DNA from: Macrostomum lignano
Taxonomy: Eukaryota
Direction: 5' to 3'
DNA: 64,000 nt
NCBI GenBank assembly: GCA_002269645.1
Contig: NIVC01000527.1
Location: forward strand, 186,001 to 250,000
Shown here: positions 46,365 to 57,908 of the stretch, piece after piece
Layout: every line of letters begins with the position of its first letter
Position numbering within the stretch: the stretch's first letter is position 1
Program-made: the position numbers and the translations under genes
The notes under the pieces: generated by a model
The model's input: only the letters and a program-made list of their open reading frames with translations
What the model was told of the DNA's origin: nothing
Database searches by the model: none

Positions 46365-48879
46365 CAGTCCATTGACATATGAGCCAAATATATTAGCTGC
46401 CAGCTACTTATTGCCAATATATCATTGAGTAGCTTTATAAGTTTATTATATTGATCTTAACTAAATGATGAATTATATTTAAAAGAAAGAAAACAAAAAT
46501 TTAAAAGGCCTAAATCTTCTAATTGATTCTAAATATCATATTTAACCTTAGTTTTTAGTATGATTTTCAGCAAATTTGAACATAGCAGGAATTGAGCATG
46601 GATTTTATTATATAGGATTGCAATAATCATAGACTTAAAAAGATAGATATATTCATAGATTTATATAGCTTTTAATATAGCAAAATAGCAATACAATATT
46701 TAAATAAAACTGTCACATATATGGATAATAATTTAAAACAAATTATATTAACAAAAAAGTCATACTTAACAAACTCTTTTATTATTTTTACAAACAAAAA
46801 ATACTAATTTTAGAGTTGTTACTTATTTAATAATAGTAGTTGGCTTATTTTCTTTATAGAAGGATTTTAACAATAGGTCTGTATAATCATAGAAATTAGA
46901 AATTGGGATACTTAAGTAGGGCCTACCAATGCTAGATCCTAAATGAAAAAATTCTAGTCAAGAATCCCTAATTCCAGGATTAGGTCCTTCTTAAAATAAA
47001 AAGCAACAAACAACTAAATATATTTTTATTTAACAGTTTCCATGCCATTTTTATTTGTTTATGCACTATCTAATTATATCCATTTTATCTAGGTAAGGTA
47101 GCTAGTCAGTTATGACTTTTTAAAGAGCAGGGGGTAAATTATAGATACTTTATTTAAACTAGGGGCCTAAGCTTTAATTTCTTTCAGCGTTCAGCATACT
47201 CGAAAAAGACGGTTGACGGTCGTTTCGTCTGCCGCCAGTTCGTCTGCCACCCTTTCGTCTGCAAGAATACGATACAGTCGTTTCGTCTGCCAACGAATAG
47301 TAAAGTTTTAATAAGTGTCAGTATGTCAGTTGTTGTCAATTATTTGAGATTTGAGATATTTGAGATAACAGTGATTAAGATATCGGGATCATTTCTTAGT
47401 AGTAATGACTTAAATGAGTAATTTCTGAATATTTTTGTTTATATTTAATAAACTACGCAATTGAACGAATTCAATTTTCGTCAAGATATGCCATGCCGGC
47501 CATACTATCTCTTAACCGTCTCAAAGCTTCAAAGCTCAAAAGCAATTAGTCGAGTTAGAATTATTTTACTTTTTAGGATTTGTTTACTTTGTATTGGACA
47601 ATACCGAAAATTCAGTGTATTTAAATGCACAATAGCGGCAGTAAGAATGTACATGTTACTGTATAAAAGAATACCTGTAGCTAAATGCACAAAGGCGGAA
47701 AATGGTAAAAGTGTATAACGGCAGTAAGAATTATAAATCCAATTACACGCGCACAAATTATAAATCCCATTCACAGCTCAACGTAGATCAATTAAAGCTT
47801 ATATGCGTGGAATTTAACTGAATGTCCTGCTTATAAGCTTTGGACTTATAGAGACACTTAAAATTATATTGGTTAAAATATGTATCAGCGCGAAAAAATG
47901 GAGCACCAAAATACGCAGTTCGCAGCTGGGACCCGTTGCTAGCAATAAGTGATCGATGATACTCGTATGTCAACACCCTATACCCTACCGCCTAGACGGA
48001 TAAAGGCAGAGAAATTTGCTTCGTCTAGCAGGGAAAAGGCGCGCTTTGCTGCCATGCTTTAATACCGTCTAGTAATGCAATATACGCGCCTTAGTGTTTC
48101 TTTTAAAGGCACTAGTTCAAATAAATTACTTAACACATTTATCAGCCGTATAGGCCCTATACAGTAGTAAATGAGTGCATTGTTGTGCTTTGTATTGTAT
48201 GCATATCAGACTTATCATGGTTATGTAGTAATAGTTATAGCCAATTTAGTGCTTTTTTAGTCTAGGTGCCAGACCTTATTTAAGTTTGTACTTGAACCAG
48301 GCATTAGTCAAATTGGTAAACTAAATTGTTAATCAATCATCAATTAATAATATTCAAAAAATAATGTTATTAATATCATTATATATATGTATAGATATTA
48401 GAGATTTAGTATATCTAGTGGATAGTATAGTTATATATGAATTTATATCAGCCATATTATATATAATAGGCCTACAATTAATGACCAATGTTGATTGTTG
48501 ACTTTTTAATTTTGCTTGTTTATTGTTTCTCTCAGAATAAAATTGGCTTTGGGTCAGTGAACAATGGCAAATCTATATATTTTTAATTAAAATATATAAC
48601 AATAAGGAAAATAAAATTTAAGACTATAATATGATAAAAATAGGCCAGATGTTTAAATATTAAATAACTATTTATATTAATATTTTAAAAAATAAGCCTA
48701 GGCAAGGGCAAGGCAAATGCCTAAAAAGTTTCTTTGATTTAATAAGATAAAAATTGTTTTGTTAGGTTTTTGCATACCTTTTTATAGTAAAGAAGAGCAA
48801 TATATACACTCAGGTTGATTTAGCCCTATTTTATTTGTCTATTACTTACCCTTTAGCTGTCTATTCTACCTTGTCCTTT

Positions 48880-50680
48880 TGCTCTTTGCTTTGATCCCTA
48901 CTTTGACACTGTTATGCTCCCTTGCTCTGCCACATTCTACTCTTTGCTCTGCCACCTTGCTTTGCCCCCTGCTCTGCCACCTTGCTCTGCTATGCTATTC
49001 CCTCTCTACTCTCCTTCCCTACTCTCCCTCCCTGCTCTCCTCCCTGCTCTGCCCCCTGCCTTACCTCCCAGCTTTGCCACCCTGCTCTCCCTCCCTGCTC
49101 TGCCCCACTGCTCTGCCACCTTGTTCTGCCCCCTTCTTTGTCCCTGCTCTGCCCCCTTCTCTGCCCCCCTGCTTTGCCCCCTGCTCTGCCATCCTGCTTT
49201 CCCCCTGCTCTGCCATCCTGCTCTGCCCCCTGCTCTGCCATCCTGCTCTACCCCTTGCTCTGCCACGCTGCTCTGCTATCCTGCTTTTCCTCTGCTCTGC
49301 CATATTGCTCTGCCACGCCGCTCTGCCATCCTGCTTTCCCCTCCTCTGCCATCCTGCTCTGCCAGCCTGCTTTCCCCCTACTCTGCCCCCCTGCTCTGCC
49401 CCCCTGCTCTGCCCCCTGCTCTGCCATCCTGCTTTCCCCCTGCTCTGCCATCCTGCTCTGCCACGCTGCTCTGCCATCCTGCTTTCCCCTGCTCTGCCAT
49501 CCTGCTTTCCCCCTGCTCTGCCATCCTGCTTGCCCCTGCTCTGCCATCCTGCTTTCCCCCTGCTCTGCCATCCTGCTCTGCCACCCTGCTTTCCCCTGCT
49601 CTGCCATCCTGCTTTCCCCTGCTCTGCCACCCTGCTTTTCCCCTCCTCTGCCATCCTGCTCTGCCACCCTGCTTTCCCTTGCTCTGCCATCCTGCTCTGC
49701 CACCCTGCTCTGCCATCCTGCTCTGCCACCCTGCTTTCCCTCTGCTCTGCCACGCTGCTCTGCCATCCTGCTTTCCCCTGCTCTGCCCCCCTGCTTTTCC
49801 CCTCCTCTGCCATCCTGCTCTGCCACCCTGCTCTTCCGCTCCTCTGCCATCCTGCTCTGCCACCCTGCTTTCCCCCTGCTCTGCCATCCTGCTCTGCCAC
49901 GCTGCTCTGCCACCCTGCTTTTCCCCTCCTCTGCCATCCTGCTCTGCCACCCTGCTTTCCCTCTGCTCTGCCATCCTGCTCTGCTAGGCTGCTCTGCCAT
50001 CCTGCTTTCCCCTGCTCTGCCATCCTGCTCTGCCACCCTGCTTTTCCCCTCCTCTGCCATCCTGCTCTGCCACGCTGCTCTGCCACCCTTCTCTGGCACA
50101 CTGCTCTATTCCCTGCTTTCCGTCCGTGTTCTGCCATCCTGCTCTGCCCCACTGCTCTGCCCACCTGCTCTGCGTCTTGCTCTGCCCCCTGCTCTCCCAC
50201 CCTGCTCTCCCACCCTGCTCTGCCACCATGCTCTGCCACCATGCTCTGCCACCATGCTCTCCCACCCTGCTCTGCCACCATGCTCTGCCACCCTGCTCTG
50301 CCACCATGCTCTCCCACCCTGCTCTGCCACCATGCTCTGCCCCCTGCTCTACCTCTTGCTCTGCCACCTTGTTCTGCCCCCTGCTTGGTCCCTGCTCTGC
50401 CACGCTGCTCTGCCACCATGCTCTGCCCCCTGCTCTGCCCCCTGCTCTCCCACCCTGCTCTGCCACCATGCTCTGCCCCCCTGCTCTGCCCCCTGCTCTA
50501 CCCCTTGCTCTGCCACCTTGTTCTGCCCCCTGCTTGGCTCCCTGCTCTGGCACGCTGCTCTGCCATCCTGCTCTGGCACGCTGCTCTGCCATCTTGCTCT
50601 GCCACCCTTCTCTGCCACGCTGCTCTATTCCCTGCTGTCTGCCTTACCCTGCCCCTCTTCTCTTCTTGCCCCCTCCCGCT
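48880..50680. repeat. 1.8-kb pyrimidine-rich satellite (CCCTGCTCTGCCAT variants)
   Basis: Direct inspection; source of many overlapping pseudo-ORFs. Confidence 0.93.
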
Positions 50681-51354
50681 AAAGTAGTCTCGTAATAATA
50701 CTAAATAGTGCAGCTTATTGAAAACATACTCGTATTTATTCTTCAGAGAAAACTACCGGTGGAGCCCAGCTGCTGTACGATTGGCACCTTTGCTATGGTC
50801 TCTGGCGCGGTTCGCCCACGGAGTTCGCCCACAAAAGCTATCCAAGCACGAGCTTCTTACCAGTTTATGTGCACATCGAGTTTATATATAGTTGGTACGT
50901 ACCGCCACCGTGAGCGCTGAAGCGCTGACATCAGGTGTAAACTCCACGGCCGGGACTGCCGCTGTCTCCGCTTAAGCAGCCGCCTCGAACAACAATGCAG
51001 TCGGTGCAAAGCGTACCATACCCTTCAGCAATTCGGTGGTCGTATCAAAGTTAGCTCAGGATGGAACGGTCGTTGAAAGTATTTTGTATTGAACTCTCAG
51101 CAAATGGAAACTCGTATCATTGACAGTTCGGTTTAGCTCTATTTTCAGTCAAATTTTTAACTTTGTTAAACTGTAACTCTTACTCTTGTTCTACTTTAAG
51201 CCATAACTTGTAAGCTTGCTCATGTATTGACTGCATGCCCATATACATGCAGTAGTACTTCCAATCACCGTTAGTGAGGTTTCACAAGTCACCAATAGCC
51301 GCAACAGAAAAGCCATGCACTGACAAGCCATATCTAATTTTGGCAGAGGTGGGG

Positions 51355-52185
51355 AGGGCGGGAGAAGGTGGCAGCAGAGAGCGGGAGTGTGGCGCCGGAG
51401 AGCGGGAAGGTGGCGGTAGAGAACGGGAAGGTGGCGGTAGAGAGCGGGAAGGTGGTGGCATTGAGCGGGAAGGTGGCGGCGGAGAGCGGGAAGGTGGCGG
51501 TAGAGGGCGGGAAGGTGGCGGTAGAGAACGGGAAGGTGGCGGTAGAGAGCGGGAAGGTGGTGGTAGAGAGCGGGAAGGTGGTGGTAGAGAGCGGGAAGGT
51601 GGTGGTAGAGAACGGGAAGGTGGCAGTAGAGGGCGGGAAGGTGGCGGTAGAGAGCGGGAAGGTGGTGGTAGAGAACGGGAAGGTGGCAGTAGAGAGCGGG
51701 AAGGTGGCAGTAGAGGGCGGGAAGGTGGCGGTAGAGAGCGGGAAGGTGGCGCCGGAGAGCGGGAAGGTGGCGGTAGAGAGCGGGAAGGTGGCAGTAGAGG
51801 GCGGGAAGGTGGTGGTAGAGAACGGGAAGGTGGTGGTAGAGAACGGGAAGGTGGCAGTAGAGAGCGGGAAGGTGGCAGTAGAGGGCGGGAAGGTGGCGGT
51901 AGAGAGCGGAAGGTGGCGCCGGAGAGCGGGAAGGTGGTGGCATTGAGCGGGAAGGTGGCGGTAGAGAGCGGGAAGGTGGCGCCGGAGAGCGGGAAGGTGG
52001 TGGCATTGAGCGGGAAGGTGGTGGTAGAGAACGGGAAGGTGGCAGTAGCTCGTAGAGAGCGGGAAGGTGGCAGTAGAGGGCGGGAAGGTGGTGGTAGAGA
52101 GCGGGAAGGTGGTGGTAGAGAACAGGAAGGCTGCGGTGGAGAGCGGAAAAGTGGCGCCGGAGAGCGGGAAGGTGGCGCCAGAGTG
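51355..52185. repeat. 21-bp purine-rich minisatellite (AGAGAGCGGGAAGGTGGCGGT)
   Basis: Direct inspection. Confidence 0.93.
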
Positions 52186-53239
52186 GGGAAAGGTCTGACC
52201 AAACGTCTGTCTTATCGCTCTAACAATGTGGCTGAGTTTGCAATACCTGCATTTTTATATTTTAGTTACAATAAAGCATAAATTGGCTTGTAGGTATTCT
52301 CTTCGTGAACTCTCGTTTTTGCGACTGTTGCTAAGTCTTGTGGAAATTTTGTTAAATTGGATTCTCTGAGTTCTTTACTTTATTTTTTTCAAAGTGCCTC
52401 ATTGTGCCAGTTTTTAGCATAGCAAGACAAAGAAAACATGTACGAGCGTACATCTATCTTCAGATGTTTCTTCGGATGTTAGAAAATGGATCGAAATTCG
52501 GGAGGGACTATTATCAATAGCTTATTCGTACAAAACTTTATCACGCCCAGCGCTATGCAATCATTGAAAGATAAGGTGAAATGTTTTAGTGTACTTTATA
52601 GGTGCCAATGCAAGTGCGTAGAGAGAAGGGATCGTTAGGACTGGGAGTCACCAATGAAAGTACAGGATCTATTCTGAATGGTTTGAATGTAATTGCTTAC
52701 ATGTAGAAGTGCACACAACGGACGTCCGCATGCAACTCCTGTCGTTCCTTGCATTTATTTGTACATTCATTCGACATTGTCTAGATATTTCGCTGTCCTC
52801 AGTTCTTTGCAAGACTAATTGATCCTATATAAGGAAGCTTTATGCACTGCACGTGTGCTAGCTACATATAGTGGCTGCCTTTCAAGGACGCGAACTCAGC
52901 GACTAGTGCAAAATGTATTGTACAATACAATACGTGCATTAAATACACCTACAATAAAGCACAGTGCACGTACATACTGTAGGTTTTGATAGGCTCGATG
53001 CGGCTCTTATAGCATCATTTACATGTACATGTACATCTGCATCCATGAGCATTAGGGTACATTGACACTACATGAAACATGCAGACTCACTGACTGAGCT
53101 GGCCTGATCCATGTGTTCGATTGGTCTACTCTACATTACATGTACACGCGCACACGTCCTTTGAGACTATCGTAGCGTTGCATCAATGAGCATCTGAGGC
53201 ATTTACTTGACTTTAGCTGGGGGCTCAGTGGGTCTGGGG

Positions 53240-53880
53240 GCGTTAACCTCCAGGGATTTTTCCCTGGAGGTTAACGATGCCTGGCAAAACAGTCATATGA
53301 CCCAAAGGGCCATGTTCACCGCCCTGATGACCCTGCGGTTGGGTCCAAGCAGGGCCCTGCATAGGGCGGACCGCCGCGCCGGATTGCCGGCAGTCGGGGG
53401 CGTTTGCCCACCTCTCCCTGCTTTGAAGCCACCCACTAGTTGATCCGAGTGGTGACAACAGCAATAGGGGTGGGGGCCACGGCCAGCAGATGACCAGTAA
53501 AAAAACCGGCCGAGCCAGCCTTGGCCAGGCGATCGGCCAGCTCGTTGCCGGTTTTGAATTTGAGCGGAGGGCAGAGCGTGGACGGAATTCCGTTCGAGAG
53601 GGTCAGCAGGCCTCTTGCTGCTTCCAGGTCTCACAGGCTGAGGTCGCCATGCGGCCGGAGGATCCCTTTCTGAAGGCGAACTGCTTCTGGATGGGGCACC
53701 TGCGACAAGCAGACGGCGGGTGATTTTCATTGCCGCCCCTCTGACAAAGTCCAGGAAGGTGTTCATGCCAGCGAAGGGCGTAGATGGAGTCGCGCTCATG
53801 ATATAGCTCGACAAGCGCGGCCTTGCACCCTGTTGAGAGCATCAAGAACCCCTTTCACCACTATAGGTCACTGTTCCAAA
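53240..53880 (-). pseudogene. Degenerate retroelement RNase H fragment
   Basis: A minus-strand frame not shown in the ORF track reads LEAARGLLTLSNGIP..KTGNELADRLAKAG, the RNase H C-terminal GNExADxLAK motif. Upstream motifs are broken by stops and frameshifts. Confidence 0.6.
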
Positions 53881-55139
53881 TGAAGCCGGTGAATAAGATA
53901 GTCGGTCTCACAATGACAGTACGTGCAAGTCCACCAGAGGCGGCGGGGTGAGGCCCCAGTAGCGCCGAAAGCTCTGCGGATGTGCGCGAGAGTCTCAAGA
54001 GCTTTGCGGGCTTTGGTTTGGACGTGTGGAGTCCAGCATCTGAGGCATGGCTCCAGTACAGTACGACTAGTTTATACAGTCAGTATACGCGTACACTGCT
54101 TGATACATGTGCATAAACTTGAATTTATGCACGTATACATGTATACACAAAAAGCATGTCAAATACATGTCTTGTGTGTGCATGGCTTTTGTTTTATGGG
54201 TATTGGTGACTTGTGGAACCTCACATAACTGTGATCTACGTACTACGTACATTACTACGTACTGCACGTATATATTTGCATCAATATATTGATGCACATA
54301 TGCACATCCACATATGCATATATGGTACAGTACATAAGCTATGAATAGAAATTACATGTACAGCATATACATGTACATGTAGTCAAGTGACTTGACTATA
54401 TCTGCATGTACAAGTGATTACACATTGATCCCAGTAAAAACAATCAATCAAGGATGGACCTTGATGGACAAGGATGTGGAACTCCACATTGGAGACTCGA
54501 TCTAAGCTGTGAACTGTGTTACGAGTATATTGATGCAACCCGGTCGTGCAAAGAGCGCGCACCGATTCCCAGGATCCGGTGCTGAAAAGCACTATACTGG
54601 GCAAGCCTCGTTCCCTATACATACATGTAGTCGTACTGCAAATAAAGCTACAAGTACATGTACAAGTTGGCGAGTTCCGCACAAGATCGTGACATGCAGT
54701 TAGTACGAGTACTGTTGTGTCAATATGCCTCAGATGCAACGATACCATCAGTCTCAAAAGTATACATGTACATGTAGAACCATCACACATGGTTCAGGTC
54801 AGCTCAGTCTGTCTGCATGTTTTATGTAGTCGTCAATGTACCCTAACGCTCATGGATGCAGATCTATATAATTCTAGAGCGACATCAAGTCGATTAACAC
54901 CTACATGTGTAATGTTTTTATTCCTGTATATTGGACTATGACAAATATTTTGCTGGGTAAAGGTATCGCTTTAATGTACGTTCGCTCTTTTTATAAAAAA
55001 GCGAGCACTGCCTCCACGGGGCCTTCGTTGAGTTTTACACAGCCAAATACCGTGCGTTACACACCTTCATGTACATTTAAATGCTTTATTGTAGTAATCA
55101 AGGACTACTAGACTATATGTATATTCCAATGGTCCTTGG

Positions 55140-55900
55140 GTGCAACTGTGTCAGGTATTTACCCAGATGCCTCAAACGCTCAATCGGAGACGCTATTCCG
55201 TAGCTATCGACCCGCGCGATGCAATCAATGACCACTGGAACCGTGGTGAGCTCCACTTCTACACTGACGGTTCTAAGCAGTCAGTCAACACCGGCGTCCG
55301 GCTTGCATGGTGTTTCCTGAACGCGAGTGTCATCGCAACCTACGCTCAGTTTCTGGGGTCAACTCGTGTTTTCCAAAATAAAGTTATTGCCATCATGCAG
55401 CTCTTGCATGACGGAGCTTCTCACCATGAATGTAAAATGGTAAAAACATTTTCCAATTCGGACAGCCAAGCTGCCTAGCTTGCACGCCATGTGGCTGCAG
55501 CATCAACTCTGCTAGTCTTCGACTGTATCAAAATCCTTAACATGTTGGGCTCTAAAAACAAAATTATCCTCAAGTGGTAGCCGGGGCATGTGAGGATTCG
55601 AGGAAATGAGCTGACTGACATTCTTGCATTGCAAAAGTTGGCGCCTCCGGCTCCTCTCTCGGGCCCGAACCCCTTTGTACTCTCTCAAGTCACGACTGCT
55701 TCTCCAGGCACCAGTACCTGCAGGGCAATAACCACCGCCATCTGCAACTCCGGAGACGCAACTTCGCGCATTCATGAGAGCCAGACTCAGTTACCTTTGG
55801 CCACACACATCAATTATCAAAGCGCGCAAACCTAAAAATCTTAATTAAGTTCATGCGCTACCTCCAGGCCACCCGCAGGGCTGAACTCTCCTTCCAGAGA
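55140..55900 (+). pseudogene. Non-LTR retrotransposon RNase H domain, inactivated
   Basis: LHFYTDGSK..VFQNKVIAI..SDSQAA*..KW*PGHVRIRGNELTDILA: all RNase H motif blocks in order, with in-frame TAG stops near 55476 and 55577. Confidence 0.85.
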
Positions 55901-56938
55901 GCAACATAGCTGATGGCGACACTGGGGGACCTCCCTAGTCCCTAGTCGCCAACCCTTCGTTCATAGCGACGCGTCGGCCGTTCAGGGATTAGCGGAATGG
56001 GGGCCCGTGCCTTCCCACTGTGTCCCACTTCGCGCTACAACAATTCATGAGATGCAGAACTTTTAATGCTCTAAAACTCACAAAAGCTTAATAATTGCAC
56101 AGTGAAACTTATAAGAATTAGACAACAATCCAATTGCAATTATTAAAACAAAAAAATCAGATCATTTTTCATTTTTTTGTGTATTGTGCAATATAACAAA
56201 ATAGTATAGCTAAGGGCTGTTACGGAGTGCTACAATGTATAATAGTACGCGCAAGTATGTCGGTGCACCGAGTAGGAGCTCCGAAAGTTCCGGGAGAACA
56301 ACATCGGCTGCAGATACTGTGGCGCACGTATTACGCTTAATAAATCGCTCAAAACCAAGTGGTCATTGCGCTGTACAAACATTTTCGCAATCACAGGACA
56401 AAAATATACAAATTTTCGACGCAAAATTAAAATAAACCATTAAACGATATGTTCTAATAAAACTCAAACAAACAGAAAAGCTAAGAGCTGATGGCGCTGC
56501 ACCAGACCAAAAAAACATGAAGCAAAAAGTAAAATAAAACGCGATCTCGCTTTAACGTTCGTTGGTTTTGGGGAAAATCTCTCGGATATCCACTAATCCA
56601 GACAGCACCTCAGGAGCATTCCATATACTCGTACTAAAAATGGTCTTATCTAAAACCGGCATTTGTCTATGCTATACCTGTGACCGCCTGGCTGACTTTG
56701 CACTGAATCAAATGTCTTTTGGGCCATAGAAATTCTCAGGTGGCTACAACCACACAACCAGAACTGGAGGCTAGAGCCCATTGTTGACAGACGCTCGGGT
56801 GCGATGTGTAGAAGTCATTGACTGTTTAAAAAAGATGGAGTCGAATTTTTAAAAAACAGAAAATGCTAAAAGTTTGGCTCAAATAAAGAGCGGGCGAAGA
56901 CAAAAGTGATGGGACCATAGAAACAGTTTATCAACTAG

Positions 56939-57198
56939 CAGGGATCGGCAAACTTTTTTACCTTAAGGGCCAGACAGAAAATCCATATATGCATGCAGCT
57001 CATGGCTGCGGGCCAGATGAGAGTGGAAAGGAAAGGGAATAAAAGATAAGAGAGATGAGAAGAGAGGAGAGAGGAGAGAGGGGAGAAGACAGCTGAGAAG
57101 AGACACACAAACCTTGAGCAGGCCGGATTGCTATTGTGAAGTTTAGAGCGGCTTCGAGGGCCGCATATGGCCTGCGGGCCGAAGTCTGTCGACCCCTG
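56939..57198 (+). mobile_element. hAT/Charlie-type MITE (CAGGG..CCCTG termini), copy 1
   Basis: Ends CAGGGATCGGCAAACT and AGTCTGTCGACCCCTG, with subterminal GGGCC motifs. No clear TSD. Confidence 0.75.
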
Positions 57199-57358
57199 AA
57201 CTTACGAATTTGGCTAATTTGGGTCTAACGAATGCTTCTCGGGTTGTCTGCTTTGGTAAAAAAGTCACCAACAGGTTGGTAATATAATTAAAAACAAAGG
57301 AAAGTAAAACACACAGCAGGAGCACTATATACATGCAGCTATATCTACATGCAGCCAT

Positions 57359-57767
57359 AGCCGATTTTTAGAATCCACCCACCCCCTCCGGTCACCAAAG
57401 CTTTTTAGTCTATGGCACAAGTTGTGGCTAGAATGGTGTACAAAGCCGATGCTCAGAAATATAAGACATTTCACACTTAGAAAATGCATGTATCAAATAA
57501 GCAAGACAACATCACTCAGTCACCAGACTCAGTTGCCGTCGTCGATACACAACTCCGTAACAGCCATGCCATATAGCCCTTACGTCTGAACAACAGCAGC
57601 CATGCCCCTAAAGTGCGCGGTAGCTAATTGCAATAACTGCGTTTCTGATGCATCCGTATTAATCTTAAGCATCGGCTTTGTACACCATTCTAGCCACAAC
57701 TTGTGCCATAGACTAAAAAGCTTGGTGACCGGAGCCGGAGGGGGTGGGTGGATTCTAAAAATCGGCT
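57359..57767. mobile_element. Foldback/MITE element with about 95-bp inverted repeats and a THAP-like ORF start
   Basis: 57359-57453 is a near-perfect reverse complement of 57667-57767 (one short indel). Internal ATG at 57602 gives MPLKCAVANCNN. Confidence 0.75.
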
Positions 57768-57908
57768 TCAGATTTTCATTCTTATTGGCACTCTATACTA
57801 GGCGACCTCAATACTCTTTGGTATTAACCCTTGAAGTCAACCCTCTGTTCAAGCCCTAAAAGTCCGTCTTAGCTGTCTTCACAGTCCGCACAACTCAGCT
57901 CAACTCGC

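Noticed and set aside
47215-47300. Four TTCGTCTGC motifs suggesting a DNA-transposon end
   Set aside because: No matching inverted terminus or TSD could be established.
48879-52281. Multiple 200-600-aa ORFs (LLCHPA, REREGGG, SLPPP repeats)
   Set aside because: Satellite DNA open in most frames on both strands, with no evidence of coding constraint.
53315-53370. CTGATGA plus ccctgc/gcaggg stem
   Set aside because: Lacks GAAA and the cleavage-site geometry of a hammerhead.
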